60,342 bases of DNA from a virus (IMGVR_UViG_3300005613_000071:1-60342); one strand, 5' to 3'. Numbered from the stretch's first letter, positions 28,916 through 39,589 are shown. The notes: generated by a model from the letters alone, not told the origin. A program made the numbers and translations.

Positions 28916-29783
28916 TATTTTCTAATTTCTTAATGAGTCCTTTGACAAATTTATGCAAAGGTGTCTTGCCTTCTCCTGCAAGCTGTTCTAGTTTTCCAAG
29001 GTCTTCTGGTGATACCACGCCCTCTCCGCCTGTCATCTCTCCAATCTTCTGGCCGTCCTGCATGATGTCGATAGGGTTTTCGTCGTGAGAGAACTCACCT
29101 GGAGTCTTGCCTCTAACAAGACCTCCATCTTCCATGAACATCTTTAGAAGTTCTGGGTCTACGCCATCAAATTTCCCTGCTCCTGCAGCCGCCCCAGTCG
29201 CAATACCGCCAGCAGCCTGAATGCCCGCCTGAAGCATAGCCTGTCTTCCAGACCTAGCCAAATCTTCAGCACCGTACTTTTGAGCCAAGCCCTCAGCCTC
29301 TAGTCCACGACCAAGAGCAAGGTCCGTTCTTGCATCAGAGAGCTTTTGTTCAGCCACTCTCTGCTCAGCCGTGCCGACAGCTTCAAGGCCACGCGCTCTA
29401 CGCTGTTGTTCTTCAGCTGCTATCTGAGCCATCCTATCCATGCTGCCCTGAGCCACAGCCTGAGTACCCCCAAGCAGCGCTCTAGCTCCACCAGCTTGCA
29501 AGGCTTCCATCTGGCCAGCTTCTTGCCTCTGTGCCTGCTGACGCAAGTAATCAGACGTAGGGTCTTGCATGACCAGCTGTCTAAGTTCAGAGTACGACGG
29601 ACCCAATCCATACTGTCCACGAGCAGCCTTGGCCTCTCCAGAAAGCTGTTTAGCTTGGGTTATGGCATCTTGAGCTCTTGTAGCTTCATCCTCAGCCTGG
29701 TTTTTAGCTGCTCTTGACGCAGATATTCCAGACGCTAAAGATGTCCCTGCTTTTATTAGTGCCGCTATTGTTAATGGATCCAT
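28902..29783 (-). CDS. Putative internal virion (pilot-like) protein
   Basis: MDPLTIAALIKAG start; Ala/Gln/Gly-rich; GKTPGEFSHDENPID...GEMTGGE motif; promoter box 4 nt upstream. Confidence 0.7.
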   Translation of the reverse strand: MDPLTIAALIKAGTSLASGISASRAAKNQAEDEATRAQDAITQAKQLSGEAKAARGQYGLGPSYSELRQLVMQDPTSDYLRQQAQRQEAGQMEALQAGGARALLGGTQAVAQGSMDRMAQIAAEEQQRRARGLEAVGTAEQRVAEQKLSDARTDLALGRGLEAEGLAQKYGAEDLARSGRQAMLQAGIQAAGGIATGAAAGAGKFDGVDPELLKMFMEDGGLVRGKTPGEFSHDENPIDIMQDGQKIGEMTGGEGVVSPEDLGKLEQLAGEGKTPLHKFVKGLIKKLENNGRG

Positions 29784-29787
29784 TATG

Positions 29788-29795
29788 CAAATATA
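29788..29795 (-). promoter_or_regulatory. -7 promoter box TATATTTG
   Basis: Exact consensus, 4 nt before ATG 29783. Confidence 0.7.
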
Positions 29796-29796
29796 G

Positions 29797-32700
29797 TTAT
29801 TGTTGGGTTCCCCCGTGATTAGCCTTTGATTCTTCGTAAGTTGCGTTGACAGAGTACACCTCATGTAAGCCAGCTCCAGCAGGAGTCTTTGAACACTCGA
29901 CTCTAATGTAGTGGCCTCTTATCTGATCTCCAGTAAGAATCTTTTCAGCGGCTAAGAAAATGGTGTCACCGCCATTTGTATCTATTCCAGCAAGGTCAGG
30001 CCTTTCGTCAAATACGAGCTCATTACTAGATCTGTCAATACTTACAAGCTTTGAATCAAGTACGCTTCCACTAAAAGTTCTAGTTATTTTAACGAACCCT
30101 AGCGTTGGAGAGCCTTTGTACAGCTGATAGCCTATTGGAATATGCTTTCCTTTGAGGCTGGACAGCATTTTAATCCTAGCCCCAAAAGCGCTTTCAGTAG
30201 TTCCTAGAGGGATGTACTCGCTTGTGCTGAGTGAGCTCTCATCCCTAGGTATATTGATATAGAAAGCATCTTCCTTTTCAGAGAAGTTGCTCGATGGCAT
30301 ACGCACGGAAGTAATAGTCTGTCCAGAGCTTGACTGTAAAGATGTATCCCATGCGCTATCCCCCTCTATGGATATCGACTTGTAAGCCTTCACGGTACTG
30401 GGGGAGTCATTGCATATAATCGCAAAGCTAGACTTGGCCACGTCTTGAGAGCCTGGGAATTTATTAGATTCAACAAGGCTGGACTGATAGTGCACAAAGT
30501 AATTAAGGACATCAGACGTGTCGTACTGACACATAAAAAAAGTATTCTTTAAAGAAGCGTAGGTTTTAGGGTAGAATGTGTAGTTAGACTGCCACACGCC
30601 AAGGGCTTCGTTGTAACCGATTGTCCTTATTGTCTCAGTTGGGGTTCTCATCGTTACATACAAGACGCTGTCTTCTGGATCGTACCCAGTGTAGACTTTC
30701 TTAGCTCCAGACTTACTTCTCAAGGAAGCAAAGTCACCATCCATTGATGACTTAATGTCCGTCTCACTTATGACTTCCATCTTCTGGCCTATCTTAACGA
30801 TGGCAGATTGAGAGAGGTCGGCGAAATAACATATCGAATCCCTAACAAGAACAGACTCAGGGTTTTCTGTTCCGTAAAATCCAGAGTACTGTGTAAGGTT
30901 GTTCAGCACCCTGCTTGACAGAGACACCAATCCAGACTGTGTTCCAGTTTGTATGACGTCTTTGTTAATGGCTATCAAAGAACATTTGTTTTCTTGGATA
31001 GAGAGAAGGTTGTCACCAAGCTTGCCTATGAAAGAGCACCTTCCGTTTTCAGAAGGAAGGTCAAAGAAGTTAGCGGCTGAGGTATTGAATGAGCTCAGAG
31101 CTAATATCGACGTGTCATCTGAGTAGGCCTCGCTGTACGTTATGCTGTTGTATCTATTTATCGTTGCAGCCCTTTCAAACGTTGTGTGAGACCTGCCTCT
31201 ACTCCACCTTTTTGACTGGAAGAAGTCAGAAACATACTGGGACTCGATCTCCATGTTCTTGTACACGTACAAGTTTGGGTTGTCGTTGACTTGGAATGCA
31301 CCTCCTGAGTATTCTGGTGTGCTTACTGAGGATGTTCTTAGGTAGCAGTCTCCATCCGATACGATAATGTTGGGGCCGTGGCTTGTATCGTAATCTCCTT
31401 TATATACCCCAACCCTCCCAGCTTCTCCAATTTCATGCCACAGTCTTCTCTCAGATCTTCTAGGGGTTAGTATCTCGACGATAGAGGTGTGGCCCCACAA
31501 AGGGTCCTGGGCGGGTGCGGTTCCGTCTGGATATCTAACTGTGTTATCTGCATCATAGGCCACGGAAAACCAATCCCAACCTGGGTACTTAAGCTCAACA
31601 CCACTTGTTTGGCTTTCGATGCCAGCAGCCACTTGTGGCGCTTCCAGAATAATAAAATCTCCTTTATGCTGAATACTTGGCGTGGCGGATGGAGCTATAG
31701 GGTTGTTGCTATCACCGAGGGTGACGACCCCCACTACATTAAACTCTATCATTGTCGAACTGTCGTTAGCGAGAGGCCAAGTCAAATCGGATGCTGGGTC
31801 GGTATCGCCATTGACAGAGTATTTTACTACTCTGAGCTTGTCCCCTTCTGTGAAAGAGTAATCAACAGCTACCGCCGACTTATCATTCTTGTAGTTGTTA
31901 AGAGTGTCTAGCTTAACATATATCTGCTTCTTAGATGAGTTAACTGAAAAGGCAGATGTTCTAGGTACAAAGGCTCTGCCGACAGAGTACTGGATAAAAC
32001 TCTCGTAGGTAGACATACCGCCGTACACTATTTGATACCTCTCAGCCCATGAAGGAGCATCGTAATTGGAATTCCAATCAATCTCCACGCTGCAAACGCC
32101 CCTATTATCGCTTCTCTCGCCTGGATGCTTCGCGTAGAAACTACCGAGTTTATTTACAAAGCCAGACCTGTTGTATTTGTCGTAATAAACAATCCCAAGA
32201 TCGTGACTACACCCAGCCTTAAAAGTAGTTTTGGCTGCAAATGTCCGCATAGACTTGCTTGACGGACCAATCACATTGATGCCGCCTGTTATGTTGCTGC
32301 TAAGATACTGATCGGTAAAACCACTAGAAAGGCCCCAGTTCACACTATCGAAGGCAAAGTCCCCAGTGGTAGGTCCAGCCACACCTCCAAGCGACCCAGA
32401 GATAACTAGGCTGCCAAACGTAGGTTGGGATATTTCTTTCACGTAAGGGTATACCTTTACAGTTGTCGCATCAGGGTGAGTGACTTTGAAACCCCACTTA
32501 ACCTTCATCTTACCTCCAACAGGAAGTTTCGATCCAGTGGTACCACTAGCCCCTGGGGGCGCATAAAATATCTCAGCATCAAACTCAGAACCACCAAGGG
32601 TTATGGTGTACTCGATCTCGTAGCCATTAAAAAATTCGTCCACTTGTTCGAAAAACAAATCTGTAAACGCACTAAGCGTGACGTCCTCTGGCGACGATAA

Positions 32701-34281
32701 GGAAGCAGAGAACGATGGGGCTTCGATATTCGTTCCAGAATTTCCTGGCGCTGTTATATCTATATGAGTGTCAGCATCTGAAAAGTGCCCCACGCCTAGA
32801 TTGTACGTGTATCCTTGCTGATCGGTAGCGTTGCCTACAAGCAGGTAGTTGGAAGAATCATAACCGCCAACAAAACTTCCCTTGGCCACAGAAGCTTTAG
32901 GTTTGAGGACGATAGAGGTTCTGAACAGGGTGCCTCCAGGCACTGTGTCTCCAGCAGATGTAAATGACGCAACATCAAGAAAATCCCACTCCCAAAACAT
33001 ATTGTCACTGCTATTCGTTCTTGGTGTCGCTGACTCAAAAATAAGATCCGTATCATCGTCAGCGATAAGAACGCTACCTCCAGAAACCTCGTCGGCATAC
33101 TTTGCGGTAAGGTTTACAACCGTCTCAGAGTTAGGCCTGCCCTCCTCATAGTTAGAGTACATGAGCCTGTCTCCTGCAATAGACTGACCCTCAGCTTTCA
33201 AGGGTACGTTGTCGTATAGCTTGTTCACCTGATTGTCAGAAACCGCTTGATATACCCCGTCGTTGTAGAATCTATACAGCCCACTAGAAGCCTCATATAC
33301 AGTCACAGAAGATGCAAACACCTCTCTTGTAAGATTTGCATTAGCGTCAAACTCATCAATAACAAACATAGTAGAGCCATTGTCTCTAGTGCCAAGCAAT
33401 CTAATCTTAGATACATCTCTTATGTACAAGTCTGGCGTGATAGATGATGAGGACTCAGACCTCCACTTAGTGTCAATAATGCACTCGTTGTCTGTGAAAT
33501 ACAACTGACCGCTTTCGTCACCCTCAAGGCCTGAGGCAGCTATGTGATCTGGGAAGGCTAGCTTTGAGTACGGGCCTATGGCCGACAGCTCACCGTCCTT
33601 ATATATGTACTGAACCGCGAATTGAAAGGTGGCTCTTTCAAAATTATTTATCGGGACAGAAGTGTTTGTTTCAAAAGAAAACGTTGGAGGGTTTATTGGT
33701 GCGGCCTTTATAGCGTTTAGAGCGAAGTCAAGCTGAGCATCAGAATAATCATCATACTCACCAGCTAAGGCTCTATCAACATTTATCTTTCTTGGGGGGT
33801 TGTTGTTATCGGTAAAGTACAGTATACTCTGAATGACCCCGTCTTGCTGAAATGCCTTGTTGATTACGTCAGCAGAGACAAATCCATCCTGATCGAAGTT
33901 TAGCCAGTCATTCCTAAACACTGTAAGATAGACTGGGCTTGAAGCAGCATCAACTGGATCATAATTGTTGGCGTCAACACGAACAATCATGTCGTGCGTA
34001 TGAACCCCTTCAGCCGAGGTTGCCACAAAAAGATATATATACCCCAGCTGCGGGTCCTCGACCTTGCCTATGACAGTAACGTCTGCATCAACTGCGGATG
34101 TTTCGCCGTTAAGGATATCGAACAACACCCCCTTGAATCCTCTAACGGTCTTCAAGATAGATTCCGTTCCTGCTCCTCGATGACTGATGGTCACGTTTGT
34201 GGCAGCGACCATCTCCCCGTCTTTTACTAGACGTTGGTCTTTATCCGTGACAAGCTTTAAGGGTCTGTTCTTATCAATCAT
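29797..34281 (-). CDS. Tail stabilization/muzzle protein (crAss-like, P22 gp10-type)
   Basis: LYFTDNNNPPRKINV, FQFAVQYIYKDGE, YDNVPLKA...RLMYSNY, GIVYYDKYNR, YG.ENPES, IRGHY motifs; position after ring genes. Confidence 0.8.
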   Translation of the reverse strand: MIDKNRPLKLVTDKDQRLVKDGEMVAATNVTISHRGAGTESILKTVRGFKGVLFDILNGETSAVDADVTVIGKVEDPQLGYIYLFVATSAEGVHTHDMIVRVDANNYDPVDAASSPVYLTVFRNDWLNFDQDGFVSADVINKAFQQDGVIQSILYFTDNNNPPRKINVDRALAGEYDDYSDAQLDFALNAIKAAPINPPTFSFETNTSVPINNFERATFQFAVQYIYKDGELSAIGPYSKLAFPDHIAASGLEGDESGQLYFTDNECIIDTKWRSESSSSITPDLYIRDVSKIRLLGTRDNGSTMFVIDEFDANANLTREVFASSVTVYEASSGLYRFYNDGVYQAVSDNQVNKLYDNVPLKAEGQSIAGDRLMYSNYEEGRPNSETVVNLTAKYADEVSGGSVLIADDDTDLIFESATPRTNSSDNMFWEWDFLDVASFTSAGDTVPGGTLFRTSIVLKPKASVAKGSFVGGYDSSNYLLVGNATDQQGYTYNLGVGHFSDADTHIDITAPGNSGTNIEAPSFSASLSSPEDVTLSAFTDLFFEQVDEFFNGYEIEYTITLGGSEFDAEIFYAPPGASGTTGSKLPVGGKMKVKWGFKVTHPDATTVKVYPYVKEISQPTFGSLVISGSLGGVAGPTTGDFAFDSVNWGLSSGFTDQYLSSNITGGINVIGPSSKSMRTFAAKTTFKAGCSHDLGIVYYDKYNRSGFVNKLGSFYAKHPGERSDNRGVCSVEIDWNSNYDAPSWAERYQIVYGGMSTYESFIQYSVGRAFVPRTSAFSVNSSKKQIYVKLDTLNNYKNDKSAVAVDYSFTEGDKLRVVKYSVNGDTDPASDLTWPLANDSSTMIEFNVVGVVTLGDSNNPIAPSATPSIQHKGDFIILEAPQVAAGIESQTSGVELKYPGWDWFSVAYDADNTVRYPDGTAPAQDPLWGHTSIVEILTPRRSERRLWHEIGEAGRVGVYKGDYDTSHGPNIIVSDGDCYLRTSSVSTPEYSGGAFQVNDNPNLYVYKNMEIESQYVSDFFQSKRWSRGRSHTTFERAATINRYNSITYSEAYSDDTSILALSSFNTSAANFFDLPSENGRCSFIGKLGDNLLSIQENKCSLIAINKDVIQTGTQSGLVSLSSRVLNNLTQYSGFYGTENPESVLVRDSICYFADLSQSAIVKIGQKMEVISETDIKSSMDGDFASLRSKSGAKKVYTGYDPEDSVLYVTMRTPTETIRTIGYNEALGVWQSNYTFYPKTYASLKNTFFMCQYDTSDVLNYFVHYQSSLVESNKFPGSQDVAKSSFAIICNDSPSTVKAYKSISIEGDSAWDTSLQSSSGQTITSVRMPSSNFSEKEDAFYINIPRDESSLSTSEYIPLGTTESAFGARIKMLSSLKGKHIPIGYQLYKGSPTLGFVKITRTFSGSVLDSKLVSIDRSSNELVFDERPDLAGIDTNGGDTIFLAAEKILTGDQIRGHYIRVECSKTPAGAGLHEVYSVNATYEESKANHGGTQQ

Positions 34282-35096
34282 CCTTTAGGCGCTTGCTTGT
34301 AGTTCTTTCTTATAGTCCTCAAGACCTCTTCCTTGGTGAATGACTTCATACGTGAGTTAGCCTTTCTTCTTTCGTTATAGTATTCAGCCCGCGCTCTAGC
34401 CTTTTCATTGGCTGGAACAGCAGCCTTTCTTTCAATCATCTTGTAGTACAGGTAAGAAAGCAAAGCCTCTTCTGCATATACATGAACCTGAGGGTTTGAT
34501 GAGCGAGCCTCATCAGATACGTACTCAATGACGACCTCACTAATGCTAGAGTTGCTCTTAAGCTCTATCCTGTTCTGGTCTAGATTTACTCTAAACTCAC
34601 CTTTATATCTGCCTCCTCCGTGGCCGTAAAGCTGTCCTTGGGTATTCCCATACACGTAGTTTCTAAAGACATAAGAGGCGAAACCCTCGTCGGTAGACCC
34701 ACCTAGATTTCCATCTGTAGAACTCTTGTCGTCCTCTCTATCTAGGAGTCCGTCACCGTCTGAGTCGTAAGTAGTGTTTGATTCAGTAGAATACTTCTGA
34801 GAGTAGTTGATGTTTTTATTTTCACCAAGTACATACACCAACCCATCCCCGCCTACGACGCCAACCTTACTCCAGTCTACATAGTCGTCTGGCAATTCGA
34901 CCGTATTGTTAGATGAGTTCACAGACAGTTTCAAGGATCTTATCACCTTGAGCATATCAAACCCAAGCTCTCTTAACCCTCTAAGCGCGAAGTTCTTAAT
35001 AGCTGCGTCGCTTACGTGAGCAGCGAAGTCGTTGCCATCCATGCTGAGCATGAAGTCATTGATGACCTGCTGTAGTGGTACGTAATTCCTAGCCAT
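34278..35096 (-). CDS. Tail ring/tubular protein
   Basis: VELPDDYVDWSKVG, VIEYVSD, VHVYAEEAL motifs; synteny. Confidence 0.7.
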   Translation of the reverse strand: MARNYVPLQQVINDFMLSMDGNDFAAHVSDAAIKNFALRGLRELGFDMLKVIRSLKLSVNSSNNTVELPDDYVDWSKVGVVGGDGLVYVLGENKNINYSQKYSTESNTTYDSDGDGLLDREDDKSSTDGNLGGSTDEGFASYVFRNYVYGNTQGQLYGHGGGRYKGEFRVNLDQNRIELKSNSSISEVVIEYVSDEARSSNPQVHVYAEEALLSYLYYKMIERKAAVPANEKARARAEYYNERRKANSRMKSFTKEEVLRTIRKNYKQAPKG

Positions 35097-35851
35097 TAGA
35101 ATGATTGTTCGGTTTTTCTTTCTGTTTGCTCTTTCTCAGAGAATACCTGTACGTTTTGATCCCTCAGGTTCAACCCAATCAAGCTTGCAATCTCAATAAC
35201 CAGATCCATTGTGTAGTGCTCTGGCAGTTCAAAGTCCCTACTATTTGTTGAGTCGTACAAATCAACAGCCGATCCAGCAGTCACCCCGTATGTGGGTGGG
35301 TCTTCGGATCGAGCAGGTGTAGCTGTGTCGGTATAGCTCTGAGGAATCTTGTAGTAGCGAACCTTGATCTTTTGAATAGACTCGGGGAACACCTCGATGT
35401 CACCAGAGACTAGAGCCACAGGGAAAGACTCGCTAGGAGCGTTGAGGGTGCTGCCGAGGATGCGCTCAATCTTCTCTTCGTCATATACAATCTCAACTGG
35501 AGTCCTTGTGGTCTGACCCAAAAGCAAACTCCCTGCAGTTGAGATGCTTATCAATCTTGAGAAGTCACTTGGCCTAGCGTATACACCGCTAGCTTTAGTC
35601 ACGTCAGAAGACTTAGCAAAGGTGGCAAGATCCTCGTGGATCTGCTTAAACTTAGACTTGTCTCTACCCTGCCCAAAGCCAGCTCTCTCCAAGCGACTCC
35701 CATCTTTAAGGGTGTCGAATAATCTATTGAAGATTCTCAGTTGAGCGACCTGAGCAAAGCGGTTGAATTCGTCTACAGTAACGAAGCCCTGTTGGTCTTT
35801 ATTGACCAAGTCTTTAAGGGTGTTGTAGACTACGTTTACACTTGCTGGCAT
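35096..35851 (-). CDS. Head-tail ring/adaptor protein
   Basis: NKDQQGFVTVDEFNRFAQ.AQ; Y...P; DFELP motifs; synteny. Confidence 0.7.
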   Translation of the reverse strand: MPASVNVVYNTLKDLVNKDQQGFVTVDEFNRFAQVAQLRIFNRLFDTLKDGSRLERAGFGQGRDKSKFKQIHEDLATFAKSSDVTKASGVYARPSDFSRLISISTAGSLLLGQTTRTPVEIVYDEEKIERILGSTLNAPSESFPVALVSGDIEVFPESIQKIKVRYYKIPQSYTDTATPARSEDPPTYGVTAGSAVDLYDSTNSRDFELPEHYTMDLVIEIASLIGLNLRDQNVQVFSEKEQTERKTEQSF

Positions 35852-35855
35852 ACCG

Positions 35856-35863
35856 CAAATATA
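35856..35863 (-). promoter_or_regulatory. -7 promoter box TATATTTG
   Basis: Exact consensus, 4 nt before ATG 35851. Confidence 0.7.
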
Positions 35864-35918
35864 CAAAAACAAAAAGCCCTCTTAAAAGAGAGCCTTTTGA
35901 TCAATAGGTATGTGTCGT

Positions 35919-36725
35919 TTAGCTTAGCTGCTTGTCAATCTCTTCTGCAACTATATCTCCTTTTTCCGTAAGCAAGTGACGAACCATAACGTCTACACCG
36001 TCCATGCCCATAGGAACTGAAAGTATGAGGCTGTCCGTGTCGAACCAGCGAACGGAATCGGCAGTGATCTTGAGAATTTGGTAAGACACAGCTTTGTTCA
36101 CCTTAGCTCGCATGCGAACTGTGGGGTCGTCGAATGACTTGATGAACCCTTCTGGGTTGTTCTTAGCTCTCACCAAGAGGTCGTGCTTGATCTCTGCAAA
36201 GTCTCTGTCCGTATCAAGACCATAGGCCGTAGCTACAGTGAGTAGCTCATCGACTGGCTTTGTGCGGATTAGAAGAACAGCATCGGCAACAAGGAGTTCT
36301 TGATCGATACTGACCTCTGCCTTCTTCACAAAGTCGACACGTCGGAACAGATTACCTCCGTTAGCTTCATTGCGAGGGTGGAGGTCGAGAAAGCGCTTAA
36401 GGTTCGGCTTTGTCTTTTCAACCCACAGCTTGCCCTTGTTGAACATGATGGGGGTCTTGATTGGGTTGTCGGACTGCTCGTCAATGAAGATAGATGGTTC
36501 TGACGCGCAGTATCTAGTTTGACGTACGATATCTTGCGACTCATCATAATAGCTGTACGAAGCGTTACGAATCATGTGGAGAGCCCCATTAGGCTTAACC
36601 ATCTCGTACTCTACGTGTTGCGCCGATGGGCGCTTAGGATCTGGAGTGCCCTGAACCTTCTTGATCGTATTGCTCCCTGTTGTTTTTGTGGCGGCGGGGC
36701 GGCCGCGCTTAGCTTGTTGTGTCAT
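35919..36725 (-). CDS. Conserved virion-module protein following the major capsid gene
   Basis: RYCASEPSIFIDEQ...FLDLHP.N motif; likely start MTQQAK after AT-rich leader. Confidence 0.7.
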   Translation of the reverse strand: MTQQAKRGRPAATKTTGSNTIKKVQGTPDPKRPSAQHVEYEMVKPNGALHMIRNASYSYYDESQDIVRQTRYCASEPSIFIDEQSDNPIKTPIMFNKGKLWVEKTKPNLKRFLDLHPRNEANGGNLFRRVDFVKKAEVSIDQELLVADAVLLIRTKPVDELLTVATAYGLDTDRDFAEIKHDLLVRAKNNPEGFIKSFDDPTVRMRAKVNKAVSYQILKITADSVRWFDTDSLILSVPMGMDGVDVMVRHLLTEKGDIVAEEIDKQLS

Positions 36726-36749
36726 TGAATTAGAATTAAAAAGTAAAAA

Positions 36750-36789
36750 GTAATTGAGAAGGGCGGCGATTCCGCCCCTCTCAATTACC
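36750..36789 (-). terminator. Hairpin/terminator after the major capsid gene
   Basis: GTAATTGAGA(A)GGGCGG...CCGCCCTCTCAATTAC inverted repeat followed by T-rich tract on the - strand. Confidence 0.65.
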
Positions 36790-36797
36790 ATCATGTA

Positions 36798-38195
36798 TTA
36801 TCCTCTCTTGAGCAACACGTGCTGGTTAGCAGCGCGAGTCACCAAGTTGGATTCAGAGCGGTAGTGGAACTTAGCCACATCCTCACCGTTAGTAGCGTAT
36901 CCGAGGACACCACCACCTTCTACCCAGTGCTCGATATCACGGCTGTAACCGTTAGCAGCTTTGTAGTTCATCTCAAGCGCAGGGGCCTTAACACCCGTAC
37001 GAGCGTCAGCAACGTTGCTCATAGGAATCAAAGCACCAGACACTGCACCAGCAGCAATGGCACCATAAGAAGCACCAACCGTTGGGTCGTTGAGCATCTT
37101 CCAGTCATGCTTGTGGAAGGTGTATCCGCCACGCTGGAAAGACTTAAAGCCCAAAGACACCGCCATGTCAGAAGAGTTGTTGAAGGCTCCAAACTGAGCA
37201 GCGAGACCAGCCGTCAAGTTGGCAGCAGCAGAAGCTCCCTTAGCAAGAGAGTCATCCATGTTAAGCGAAGACTGTCTATCGAGGTACATAGCGTACTCGT
37301 TAGGAGCCCCTTGCTTATCGAGCAACAAGATGATAGCGTCAATATCATCGATAGAGTCAAGCTTAGCATTGTCTGTAGTGGCCACGATACCTCTGTCTTC
37401 GATAGCTGCGAAGTAACCTTCAGAACCAGCGATGGTTCCTCCGATACCAGATACAGCACCCAACTGAGAGTACATGAGCATAGCTTCGCGCTGGTTCATG
37501 AAACGCTTACGAGCATCCATCTCACCCTTGACGTACCATCTGTACTGACCGTTCACCTTCAACCAACCGATGTTAGTTGCTTGAGAACCGTTGACGTGGA
37601 ACGTCTCCTTAGTGATGATGAATGGGTTGGTGCGCTTCGTGATAGCCGTCTCGTAGAACAAGCCAGGCTGATCCGTACCCTGAGCGTATACGTTACCGAT
37701 GACGTTACCCTGCATAGCAGCAGTCACAGCAGCGAAGGTGCCTCCGTCGAGAGCCACCATAGTACCAGTAGCTGCGGTATTTGATACAGTAACAACGATG
37801 TATCTATCGCCGTTAGCTCCCAAGATCACGTCGTTCACGCGAACAGCTTGGTCAGCGATAGTGATAGCCGTATCTTCATCGACCTTAGAGATGGTGAAGG
37901 CGATAGGCGTATTTGCCGTTGTACCAACAGCGTGCGTAAACTGAATCGTTCTGTGCAAGCGACCTTCTTCGTACCACTGTACTTCGTCAGAGGTGCCAGC
38001 GCTCTTCTTTGCGCCGACGAGATCCAAGAAGCCAGTGATACCTTGATCACCGAAAGTTTCGACGTAGAGTTCTCTTACGTCAGGTTTTGTTGGGTCCAAG
38101 AGGGTTCCCAAAGTAGTGTAGGTAGCTGGCGTGAGGTCGAAGTTCTTAGGTCCGACGTCAGCTGGAGTGCTACCAGTTTGTTGACCGAGTGCCAT
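36798..38195 (-). CDS. Major capsid protein
   Basis: 465 aa; W.EEGRLH, SLGFKSFQRGGYTFHKHDW, HYRSE motifs; strong codon bias; follows scaffold-like gene. Confidence 0.85.
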   Translation of the reverse strand: MALGQQTGSTPADVGPKNFDLTPATYTTLGTLLDPTKPDVRELYVETFGDQGITGFLDLVGAKKSAGTSDEVQWYEEGRLHRTIQFTHAVGTTANTPIAFTISKVDEDTAITIADQAVRVNDVILGANGDRYIVVTVSNTAATGTMVALDGGTFAAVTAAMQGNVIGNVYAQGTDQPGLFYETAITKRTNPFIITKETFHVNGSQATNIGWLKVNGQYRWYVKGEMDARKRFMNQREAMLMYSQLGAVSGIGGTIAGSEGYFAAIEDRGIVATTDNAKLDSIDDIDAIILLLDKQGAPNEYAMYLDRQSSLNMDDSLAKGASAAANLTAGLAAQFGAFNNSSDMAVSLGFKSFQRGGYTFHKHDWKMLNDPTVGASYGAIAAGAVSGALIPMSNVADARTGVKAPALEMNYKAANGYSRDIEHWVEGGGVLGYATNGEDVAKFHYRSESNLVTRAANQHVLLKRG

Positions 38196-38240
38196 TTGTT
38201 AGTTATTGTAGGTTGTAAAAATCAAAAAAAAGTTTTGAGA

Positions 38241-39299
38241 TTACCTCCCGAGCGCGGCTCTAAGCTGTGCTGCGAGAGAGCTCTCTCCAGGTTGAGAACT
38301 TCCTTGATTCGGGCTCTTGGCACTAATGTTAGCTGCTTGGTTCACGATTCCTCGTTGGCCATCTGACATCCCCTGCTTGTACACTGACTGGACAATCGTT
38401 TCGATATTGTCAATTACAGCGCGGTGGATATTCAGCTTATCGTAGTCCCAACTCCCATCCCCGTTCACGTAGGGATCAAAGTACTCGTCAAGGCGAGTGT
38501 TCTTCTCTGCAAGCTGACCCTTGTATTCATTCGTCAATCCGAAGGTGAAGGACTTGCCATCACCGAGTTCGAACTCCACACCCTCAAGGGCGTCGAGATC
38601 TTTTCGCATGTTTGAAATCCACTGGTCATCAATAGGAGAAGTGCTTTCGACTTCAGCCTCTGTCTTCACGGGAGCTTTATATGATTCTCTAATGTTAGAG
38701 ATGCTGTCTCGCGCAGACTTAGCGTCCATCTTAAGTTGCAACTGAGAGAGTTTAACCTCATCTTCTGTGTGCAGATTCGGGTCGAGCTTATACTTGCTGC
38801 CTAGAAGAATATCCAACTCCTCTTGAGAAAGGTCTTTGTAATCAGAGATCATCTGAAGTTTTACAGCTGTAAGATCATCCATTTCGGAGGCATCTAGTTG
38901 CTGATATCGGAACCAATCTTGAGGATCTCGGCCTGTCTCGCTGACAAACCGAGCGATAGCTTCTACGCGCTCGTCAAGCACGCTCTCTTGTTGCTGAGGA
39001 GTAAGATCATCCAAAGAAGCAATCTCTCTACCGAGCCTTTCGCTCAAGTATGAAAGAACACTGCCTTCGATATCCACCTCCTCGGTATCTGGGTTTTGTG
39101 TGGTTTCTGTTTCCGTAGTGTCAACTTGTTCTTCAGAAGCTCCCGTTGAAACTTCCTGATCTACCTCACGAGCAGCGTCGATATCGATATACTCTGGCGG
39201 GACAAAATCATCTTGACCCACTCCTTGCTTCAGGTTATCGACCTGATCGTCAGACAGAAACTCCACTGAGGAGTTTTCATTAACATCTTGATTTTCCAT
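38241..39299 (-). CDS. Putative capsid scaffolding protein
   Basis: Very acidic N-terminus; directly upstream of MCP; -7 box upstream. Confidence 0.65.
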   Translation of the reverse strand: MENQDVNENSSVEFLSDDQVDNLKQGVGQDDFVPPEYIDIDAAREVDQEVSTGASEEQVDTTETETTQNPDTEEVDIEGSVLSYLSERLGREIASLDDLTPQQQESVLDERVEAIARFVSETGRDPQDWFRYQQLDASEMDDLTAVKLQMISDYKDLSQEELDILLGSKYKLDPNLHTEDEVKLSQLQLKMDAKSARDSISNIRESYKAPVKTEAEVESTSPIDDQWISNMRKDLDALEGVEFELGDGKSFTFGLTNEYKGQLAEKNTRLDEYFDPYVNGDGSWDYDKLNIHRAVIDNIETIVQSVYKQGMSDGQRGIVNQAANISAKSPNQGSSQPGESSLAAQLRAALGR

Positions 39300-39330
39300 G
39301 AATTAAATTTTACGCAAATATATAACTTAT

Positions 39331-39410
39331 TTACTTTCTGTATTTTGCAACTTTCCTCTTAATCCTCTCGGGCTGAGAGACGAACTGCTTACCCCCTCTG
39401 CTTTAGCCAT
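39331..39410 (-). pseudogene. Internally deleted remnant of a small basic phage protein gene
   Basis: ATGGCTAA start is out of frame with GKQFVSQPERIKRKVAKYRK* (80 nt in total). Confidence 0.45.
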
Positions 39411-39588
39411 GCGTCGCAGTTTTAAACTTAGCCTCTTTGACAGCACCAGGATGTGGCTTGTAGTCACCCTTCATCAGGAAGTACCTGCCACGATCTTCCA
39501 TCCAGTGATATCCACTAGGGGGTGGAACACTGACAGTTTTCGTGCTCACCTTGAGCTTCCCGCCTTTGTTGTACTTGACTGCGTTCAT
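39403..39588 (-). CDS. Small basic hypothetical protein
   Basis: KYNKGG and PPPSGYHWM...LMKG.YKPH motifs. Confidence 0.7.
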   Translation of the reverse strand: MNAVKYNKGGKLKVSTKTVSVPPPSGYHWMEDRGRYFLMKGDYKPHPGAVKEAKFKTATHG

Positions 39589-39589
39589 G

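Noticed and set aside
36819-37784. 321-aa + strand ORF and similar long antisense ORFs over structural genes
   Set aside because: Shadow frames produced by the codon bias of the capsid and other - strand genes; no motifs or expression signals
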